The position numbers were made by a program, and so were the translations under genes. Positions 6,107 to 11,256 of a DNA stretch of 11,256 nt are shown in pieces; positions within the stretch are counted from its first letter, which is position 1, and the number at the start of each line of letters is the position of its first letter. This stretch comes from a candidate division WOR-3 bacterium (GTDB taxonomy: Bacteria; Hydrothermota; Hydrothermia; LBFQ01). The DNA lies in the NCBI GenBank assembly GCA_027050205.1, contig JALUCS010000079.1:1-11256 (forward strand). The letters are read 5' to 3'. Below the pieces are notes generated by a model. That model had not been told where the DNA came from. It ran no database searches and saw nothing but the letters and a program-made list of their open reading frames with translations.

Positions 6107-7951
6107 ATGTGCGGCATATTCGGGGCGGTAGGGAAGGTGAGGTTCCGTCCTGACGAGATCTCCGCATCCCTTAGGCATAGGGGGCCGGACGACGAGGGGT
6201 GGGTGGTTGTAAAGGGAGACAGGGTTATACACGCAAAGGGGAGGGACACTATAGAAGAGTTCGCCCATCTACCGCCCGTAGAAAGCGTGATGGAGGGGGG
6301 GGAGGTCTTCCTACACTCAAGGCGTCTCAAGATAATAGACCTGTCCCCCGCCGGCCATCAACCTATGGAGTACGACGGCCTCGTTATGGTCTTCAACGGT
6401 GAGATATACAACTACCTTGAGATAAGGGAGGCTCTGGAGGGCGAAGGATACACCTTCGGGAGCGGGTCGGATACGGAGGTACTCCTGAAGGCCTTTCACC
6501 GGTGGGGGGCAGACGTCCTCCACAGGCTCAACGGTATGTGGGCCTTCGCCATATACGATACGCGGGAGAGGAAGCTCTTCCTCGCCAGGGACCGATTTGG
6601 TAAGAAACCCCTGTACTACATCCTCAAAGATGGGAGGTTCGTCTTCGCTTCGGAGGTCAAGGCCCTCCTCAAGACCTCCCTATCAACTAAAAACTTCAAT
6701 ACGAAGGAGATCGTGAGGTTCCTCGTGTATTCCGACTCGGATATGAACGAGGACACAATTTTTTACGGAATAAATAGGATTTTACCGTCTCACTATGCGA
6801 TTTTTGATTTAAAAAATGGGGATTTGAAAATAACGAGATACTACGACATAGACGTGGAAGAGAGGAGGATAGGGTTTGAGGAGGCGAAAGGGGCCTTCGT
6901 CTCCCTCTTTGATAGCGCAGTTAAATTGAGGTTGAGGAGCGACGTAAAGACGGGAACCTCACTTAGCGGCGGTTTGGACTCCTCGTCAATAGTCGCCTTC
7001 GCTGTGAGGTCCGGCCATCCCAACTTCAGCTACTACGCCTTTTCAATACTCCACAGCAGCTTCCCGAAGTACGACGAACGGGAGTATATCAGGGAGGTTG
7101 TGAAAAGCACCGGAATAAACTGGGTATATATTGAATCTGACCGCAATTTTTTAAAGGAAAATATACGGAAATTCGTATATCACCAGGAAGAACCTGTAGG
7201 GACTTTAAGCCCTTTCGCCCAATTCTCGGTATATACGTTGCCCCGGAAGTACGGCGTGATAGTCCTGCTGGACGGCCAAGGCGGAGACGAAACCTTGGGT
7301 GGCTACCTTAGGTACGTCCCCATCTTTCTGTTGGAGAGGCTCCTAAGGTTTGATATTCTATCCGTCCTCAAAGAGCTATGGCACTTCAGAAAGAGCAATA
7401 TAAGCTACACCAAGACGTTCCTAAGGGCCGTCCTGAACCTCCTGGGTCCCAAAGCCCTGTTCCTCTGGAGGTCCAAGGAGATCTTCTCCACCCCTCCCCC
7501 CTACGTACCACCACCCTCAAGGACGCGGGACAGGGTAAAGAGCCTTTCGGAGAAGTTGAAGAGCGATGTAATGGACAACATCTCCACCCTCCTTAGATAC
7601 GCCGATAAGAACTCCTCCGCCTTCTCTTTGGAGGTTAGAAGCCCCTACTTGGATTACCGCCTCGTGGAGTTTCTTCTATCTTTGCCATCGGATTACAAGA
7701 TTAGGGACGGTTTCACCAAGTACCTGGCCCGTGAGGCCTTCAAGGGCATACTACCCGACAAGGTGGTGTGGCGGAGGGACAAGTTGGGTTTCCCCTTTCC
7801 CCAAGAGGCGTTCATAGATCGCAATGACTACGTCGCCGTCCTGCGGAGGTCCAAAATCCTCAAATGGCTTAACGTGAAGGAGGACGTCCCTCCAAGTCTC
7901 TGGTGGCGGGTTATGAACGTAGGTCTCATAGAGGAGGTTTTCGGGTTGTGA
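6107..7951 (+). CDS. asnB: Asparagine synthase (glutamine-hydrolysing) family amidotransferase, probably the surface-glycan-modifying type, 614 aa
   Basis: The Ntn-amidotransferase start MCGIFG (Cys2) fixes the start at 6107 rather than 5903. Other motifs are RHRGPD, RRLKIID, FNGEIYNY, RDRFGKKPLYY, PP-loop SLSGGLDSS, LDGQGGDE and SLEVRSPYLD. Confidence 0.93.
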   Translation: MCGIFGAVGKVRFRPDEISASLRHRGPDDEGWVVVKGDRVIHAKGRDTIEEFAHLPPVESVMEGGEVFLHSRRLKIIDLSPAGHQPMEYDGLVMVFNGEIYNYLEIREALEGEGYTFGSGSDTEVLLKAFHRWGADVLHRLNGMWAFAIYDTRERKLFLARDRFGKKPLYYILKDGRFVFASEVKALLKTSLSTKNFNTKEIVRFLVYSDSDMNEDTIFYGINRILPSHYAIFDLKNGDLKITRYYDIDVEERRIGFEEAKGAFVSLFDSAVKLRLRSDVKTGTSLSGGLDSSSIVAFAVRSGHPNFSYYAFSILHSSFPKYDEREYIREVVKSTGINWVYIESDRNFLKENIRKFVYHQEEPVGTLSPFAQFSVYTLPRKYGVIVLLDGQGGDETLGGYLRYVPIFLLERLLRFDILSVLKELWHFRKSNISYTKTFLRAVLNLLGPKALFLWRSKEIFSTPPPYVPPPSRTRDRVKSLSEKLKSDVMDNISTLLRYADKNSSAFSLEVRSPYLDYRLVEFLLSLPSDYKIRDGFTKYLAREAFKGILPDKVVWRRDKLGFPFPQEAFIDRNDYVAVLRRSKILKWLNVKEDVPPSLWWRVMNVGLIEEVFGL

Positions 7952-8117
7952 GGGGTGGAAAATCCACCGGTCTTACTCGCAATAGGGAATGGAAGTGGAG
8001 GCCCGACGTCAAAGGTGCGGGGCGTGAGGTGCGATTTCAAATTTCAATCCTTTAAAGCATCACAACACCCTTTCGGGGCTACCGTTTTCCTACGTTCGGC
8101 CGAACACCCTTACCCTC

Positions 8118-8366
8118 TCACAGGAGGCCCAGAAGCTCCAGACCCCTACGGATCTGACCTTCCGCCTTTCTCCGACCGTAGATAATCTCCTCTAGGTCCC
8201 TATCGTACAGGGACACTACCTCGTATATGGCGTTCAGATCCTCCTCCGGTAAGGCGTGGAGGTTTAACCTCTCAACCGCCCCCCTCAAAAGCTCCTCCAT
8301 CTGGGAGGAGGCCCTGTGGAAGACGAGGTACCTTATCCGCTTTACTTTCCTTTCCCTTTCGTCCAT
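8118..8366 (-). CDS. sdhE: SdhE/Sdh5-like flavinylation/assembly factor (divergent)
   Basis: 82 aa. KRIRYLVFHRASSQMEELL...LPEEDLNAIYEVVSLYDRDLEEIIYGR aligns by eye with the SdhE pattern krlxwxcrRGxxElDxll...lsxxexxxfxxLLxxxDxdLxxwxxG. It is co-operonic with an Sdh anchor subunit. Confidence 0.6.
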   Translation of the reverse strand: MDERERKVKRIRYLVFHRASSQMEELLRGAVERLNLHALPEEDLNAIYEVVSLYDRDLEEIIYGRRKAEGQIRRGLELLGLL

Positions 8367-8662
8367 CGCACCAGATAGAATGCCCTGTACCCTCTACGGC
8401 GCAGTATCTCCGCCGCCTTCCTCGCTATTCCTCCGGATGGACAGGAGCATACGGTTACGTAGTAGTCGTAGCCTTCGGGTGGGTCGTATCCCCCCATTAT
8501 GTCGTACAGGGGGAGGTTGTAGTTAGCTCCTAAGGGGGCATTTTTGAAGAACGAGGGGGACCTGACGTCCAAGAGCAGGACCCTCCCCCTCAACCTCTCA
8601 GCGCTGTCGGGGGTTATGGCCAGACTGTCTAACCCGCTTGCAGCGTAAAGTACCCATACCAT
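8342..8662 (-). CDS. Rhodanese-like domain protein
   Basis: ITPDSA...LLLDVRSPSFF...NLPL...VTVCSCPSGGIARKAAEILRRRGYRAFYL gives the rhodanese DVR motif and a Cys active-site loop followed by AAxxLxxxG(F/Y). It overlaps both neighbours (34 and 25 nt). Confidence 0.8.
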   Translation of the reverse strand: MVWVLYAASGLDSLAITPDSAERLRGRVLLLDVRSPSFFKNAPLGANYNLPLYDIMGGYDPPEGYDYYVTVCSCPSGGIARKAAEILRRRGYRAFYLVRWTKGKGK

Positions 8663-9003
8663 GCCGCGAACGTCCCGTAGAGGAAGAACAGGACACCGAA
8701 GATTACGAGGAGTACGCCTATCGCCTTACGGTAGGGACGGAGGGAGTTTATCTCCGTAAGGATGCCGAAGAGGCCGTAGAGGCCGTGGTAGAGACCGAAG
8801 CCAACAAAGAAGGTGTAGATGATGGTCATTATGAGGTCCTTGGAGCGGGCGAGGACGCTCGTCCAACTTAGGGGGTTGGAGGGGTCGCTCATGGGAGCGG
8901 CGGCGCCGGCGGAGAAGTGCATCAGGGATAGGTGGGAGAAGAGAAGGAGGAAGAGAAAGAAGCCCGCTATCAGGTGAAACGCCCAGAGCTTTCCGCCTTT
9001 CAT
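8629..9003 (-). CDS. sdhD: Succinate dehydrogenase/fumarate reductase membrane anchor subunit (SdhD-like), 124 aa
   Basis: Three hydrophobic helices. WAFHLIAG...FSH(24)LSLMH and LYH(73)GLYGLFGILTE match the SdhD WxxQRxTG...H...H(A/G)xxGlxxixxD pattern. The start was moved to ATG 9003 because the track start at 9048 lies inside the duplicated ompA tail. Confidence 0.75.
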   Translation of the reverse strand: MKGGKLWAFHLIAGFFLFLLLFSHLSLMHFSAGAAAPMSDPSNPLSWTSVLARSKDLIMTIIYTFFVGFGLYHGLYGLFGILTEINSLRPYRKAIGVLLVIFGVLFFLYGTFAAWYGYFTLQAG

Positions 9004-9010
9004 AGAGGGT

Positions 9011-9016
9011 ATTCTA
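9011..9016 (-). promoter_or_regulatory. -10 box TAGAAT, 7 nt before ATG 9003
   Basis: The minus strand reads TAGAAT-accctct-ATG. Confidence 0.68.
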
Positions 9017-9040
9017 CCCCCGTTCCGCCTACCGTTGTAT

Positions 9041-9098
9041 CCCCTCACTCAAACTTTATCTCCACCCGCCTGTTCTTGGCCCTCCCCTCCGGGGTGTC
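9041..9098 (-). repeat. Direct repeat copy 1: orphan duplicate of the last 17 codons, stop and 4 nt of the ompA-like gene
   Basis: 56/58 identical to 10518-10575. The minus strand reads DTPEGRAKNRRVEIKFE*. Confidence 0.97.
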
Positions 9099-9124
9099 AG
9101 CAACACGGTAAAACAACGGAATTT

Positions 9125-9745
9125 CTACACTTCGGGCAGGTGTTTCCGAAGGAGGGTACTCCCTATTTGCTCAAGTACGGACTTCGCCACGTCGTAGCTC
9201 GCCGTCCTTATGTGGGCCGTTCCCTCCGGCTTCAGGGGAACCTTCAGGTCTATCTTCCAGTCCTTACTCACCTCAAGGACATCCCTGACCTTGACCGTGA
9301 GGGCGTCTTTCTTACGCTCCGGTGAAAGGGGCATACAGGGGTCGGCGTAGAACACGCCGTACCCACCTACGAAGAAGAGGGTTGGCTCGTCCCATTTGAC
9401 CTCCCCATCCCCCAGAACGTTTATAAGATGCACCGTCCCCCTCCTGCGGGTGAAGCTGCCCTTGAGTGAGAACTTACGTCCGTCAATCTGAAGGTCGTAC
9501 CTCTTTTCCCGTAGCCATACACATTCAAACCCGAGGGCCTTGAGGAGGGCGCAGAAGAGGACCTCCAGGGCTCCCCCCACTACGAAACGGTTCTCATGGT
9601 TTCGGGTATCGTAGGATTCCACCAACCTCTCAAGGGCCTTTTCAAACTCCTCCCGGTACTTGCGGTTGCTCTCGTCCTTTAGAGCATCGCGTATCCGTTT
9701 GAAAATCTTACGATGTTCCTTGAACCTAAGGCAACTTTCCATCAC
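9125..9745 (-). CDS. Putative Type II restriction endonuclease (PD-(D/E)XK fold, D...SxK variant)
   Basis: It is translationally coupled to the MTase (GTGATG overlap with the stop; start is 9745 or 9742). GGALE...RYDLQIDGRKFSLKG resembles the GxxxE...D...SxK catalytic layout known from Cfr10I/NgoMIV-type enzymes. The family was not recognised. Confidence 0.65.
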   Translation of the reverse strand: MMESCLRFKEHRKIFKRIRDALKDESNRKYREEFEKALERLVESYDTRNHENRFVVGGALEVLFCALLKALGFECVWLREKRYDLQIDGRKFSLKGSFTRRRGTVHLINVLGDGEVKWDEPTLFFVGGYGVFYADPCMPLSPERKKDALTVKVRDVLEVSKDWKIDLKVPLKPEGTAHIRTASYDVAKSVLEQIGSTLLRKHLPEV

Positions 9746-10482
9746 CTCCCCCCTGCAAACAGCTCCCGTTCGGTCTTCGCTATCCTCTCCCTCGCGAACT
9801 CGTAGTACTCCGGCACTATCTCAAACCCAAGGAAGCGCCTGTTCAGGAGCTTGGCCGCAACGGCCACCGTCCCGGAGCCAAGGAAGGGGTCAAAGACGAC
9901 GTCCCCCTCGTCACTGCTGTACAGGATTATCTTCTTCACTATCTCAAGGGGTAGCTTGGTGGGTGTCTTGACCTTACCCTTCCAGTACTCCCGCTTTATG
10001 ATCCAGACGTCCTCCGGGTAATGCTCAATCTTGTTGAACTTGTACCTCTTCTCATCCTTGACCACGAAGAGGATGTGGTAGTGGCTCGTGACGAACTTCC
10101 GGCGGGTGAAGACCCCGAACTGGTACTTCCATATTATGTGGTTTATCGTTATGAAGCCCACCTCGTCAATCGCGTTCAGTATATCCTTCAGGTTCGTCCA
10201 GCCGGAGAAGACGTACATACTTCCCGTCTCCTTCAGTATCCTGTGGGCCTCACTCATCCACCGCAGTGTGAACTCGTAGTACCTCTCCTTCGGTATCTCG
10301 TTGTACCCCTCCAACACCCTGTCCTGCGACCTGTTGTAGTTGGAGCGTTTGGCCTTGAAGTCTATGGCGAAGGGCGGGTCGGTGACTATCAGGTCTATGC
10401 TACCTTCCGGTATGTCCTTCATGAGGACGAGGGAGTCTCCGAGGTATATCTCGTTCAGGGCGAACCTCCCTACCCTTTCCAT
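9742..10482 (-). CDS. Site-specific amino (N6-adenine or N4-cytosine) DNA methyltransferase, beta class
   Basis: IYLGDSL and catalytic motif IV DLIVTDPPF lie near the N-terminus. PTKLPLEIVKKII and motif I VVFDPFLGSGT, then GFEIVPEYYE, lie near the C-terminus, the beta order. Confidence 0.93.
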   Translation of the reverse strand: MERVGRFALNEIYLGDSLVLMKDIPEGSIDLIVTDPPFAIDFKAKRSNYNRSQDRVLEGYNEIPKERYYEFTLRWMSEAHRILKETGSMYVFSGWTNLKDILNAIDEVGFITINHIIWKYQFGVFTRRKFVTSHYHILFVVKDEKRYKFNKIEHYPEDVWIIKREYWKGKVKTPTKLPLEIVKKIILYSSDEGDVVFDPFLGSGTVAVAAKLLNRRFLGFEIVPEYYEFARERIAKTERELFAGGR

Positions 10483-10491
10483 ATGCGGGGT

Positions 10492-10497
10492 ATTATA
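10492..10497 (-). promoter_or_regulatory. -10 box TATAAT, 9 nt before the MTase ATG
   Basis: The minus strand reads TATAAT-accccgcat-ATG. Confidence 0.68.
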
Positions 10498-10517
10498 AAC
10501 CCGGTACCCTGACCCGC

Positions 10518-10575
10518 CCCCTCACTCAAACTTTATCTCCACCCGCCTGTTCCTGGCCCTACCCTCCGGGGTGTC
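10518..10575 (-). repeat. Direct repeat copy 2: the functional 3' end of the ompA-like gene
   Basis: 56/58 identical to 9041-9098, with mismatches at 10553/9076 and 10561/9084. It reads DTPEGRARNRRVEIKFE*. Confidence 0.97.
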
Positions 10576-11256
10576 GTTGGGGGCTATGGGCTTGCGGGAG
10601 CCGTACCCCACCGTCCTTATCCTCTTCGGGTCTATCCCCTTACTTATGAGGTACTCGGCGACGGCCTTCGCTCTCCGCTCCGAAAGCTTCTGGTTGTACT
10701 CCTCGGAGCCGATTATGTCGGTGTGGCCCTCTATTACGATCTTGAGGTCTGGCCGACGTTTGAGGAGCTGGACAAGGCGATCCAGCTCAAGCCTGGATTC
10801 GGGTTTCAGCCTCGCCGAGTCAAAGTCAAAGAAGATGTTCTTGAGGACGAAGGACTCCCCCTTCTTTATGGGGGTTATGGGGACGTCAACCCTCTTCTCC
10901 TCGTACTCCTTCAGGCCCTTGAGGTCAAAGTTGAGGGATTGGAAGGCGTAGTGAAGGGAGTCTACGGGCTGGGCGCTTATACCGTAGCGTTTCCCGGAGG
11001 GGAGTACCACCGTAAAGCGGCCGCTGTCGTCCGTCGGGGACCTGAACCAGACCTTCCCCGTCGTCAGGTCCTCTATGGTGATGAAGGCCTTCAGTGGCCT
11101 CTTGGTCTCGGCGTCATATACGAAGCCCTTCACCAGATTGACCGGTTCGGGTATGACCTTCCTCTGGGCGGGGGTCAGGGACTTCCTCTCCGGTATCTTC
11201 GCCCTGTAGAGGTGGTATATCCTTACGCCGCTCTTCGGGTCTATGGAGTCCACCCG
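10522..11256 (-). CDS. OmpA-family peptidoglycan-binding protein (carboxypeptidase-regulatory-like domain plus OmpA_C; PorE-like), 5'-truncated by the window edge
   Basis: NIFFDFDSARLKPES, IEGHTDIIGSEEYNQKLSERRAKAV and GYGSRKPIAPNDTPEGRARNRRVE define OmpA_C. They are preceded by VKGFVYDAETKRPL...TDDSGRFTVVLP (CRD-like). The frame is open to the window edge. Confidence 0.93.
   Translation of the reverse strand, partial: RVDSIDPKSGVRIYHLYRAKIPERKSLTPAQRKVIPEPVNLVKGFVYDAETKRPLKAFITIEDLTTGKVWFRSPTDDSGRFTVVLPSGKRYGISAQPVDSLHYAFQSLNFDLKGLKEYEEKRVDVPITPIKKGESFVLKNIFFDFDSARLKPESRLELDRLVQLLKRRPDLKIVIEGHTDIIGSEEYNQKLSERRAKAVAEYLISKGIDPKRIRTVGYGSRKPIAPNDTPEGRARNRRVEIKFE

Larger units (their letters stand above)
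9041..10575 (-). mobile_element. Restriction-modification cassette inserted with a long (58-bp) target duplication at the ompA 3' end
   Basis: An MTase plus putative REase pair is bracketed exactly by 58-bp direct repeats 1477 bp apart. There is no integrase or transposase inside. Confidence 0.75.

Noticed and set aside
6295..6302. G8 run in asnB as a phase-variation tract
   Set aside because: The gene is in frame, and G/C runs of 6-7 are common throughout this window.
8034..8070. ATTTCAAATTTCAATCC, resembling the start of some CRISPR repeats
   Set aside because: Single occurrence with no repeat-spacer periodicity and no cas genes in the window.
7955..8185. 76-aa ORF after asnB and the 12-bp palindrome GTTCGGCCGAAC (8094-8105)
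   Set aside because: The ORF has no recognisable motif and overlaps the sdhE-like gene on the opposite strand. A few 12-bp palindromes are expected by chance in 11 kb.
2406..8195. Scarcity of CTAG (about 5 sites noticed)
   Set aside because: CTAG under-representation is widespread in prokaryotes and does not point to a specific system here.
9004..9048. Longer start for the sdhD-like gene (TTG 9048)
   Set aside because: It begins inside the duplicated ompA tail and crosses the TAGAAT box. ATG 9003 fits better.
9030..9119. 7-bp inverted repeat CCGTTGT/ACAACGG around repeat copy 1, as possible recombinase arms
   Set aside because: Too short to distinguish from chance, and not mirrored around copy 2.
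156..10951. Numerous alternative-frame and antisense ORFs in the track (e.g. 156..437, 1777..2097, 3076..3492, 10021..10512, 10571..10951)
   Set aside because: They are shadow ORFs overlapping well-supported genes, with no motifs or promoter signal of their own.

Overview
An ~55% GC bacterial window with thermophile-like codon use (frequent AGG and ATA). A T9SS-type C-terminal sorting domain and a PorE-like OmpA protein suggest an FCB-superphylum diderm (inference). Left to right it holds: a 5'-truncated gamma-class (TaqI-like) adenine MTase; a lipoprotein; a CBM11/CIA30-like gene split at a C7 run; a T9SS-type secreted protein; a GT4 glycosyltransferase; a small degenerate PD-(D/E)XK protein; tRNA-Leu(CAG); an AsnB-type amidotransferase; a minus-strand sdhD-like / rhodanese / sdhE-like trio; a two-gene Type II restriction-modification cassette; and the 3' part of an OmpA-family gene. 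The main observations are: (1) the R-M cassette lies between 58-bp direct repeats that duplicate the 3' end of the ompA gene, with no recombinase inside it; (2) nearly every transcription unit has a TANAAT -10 box 6-10 nt before its start, implying leaderless or near-leaderless mRNAs, and this corrects four ORF starts; (3) TCGA is almost absent (1 site found); (4) putative exported proteins have very short N-terminal leaders and many D-S/T sequons. All counts were made by hand and no database searches were run.
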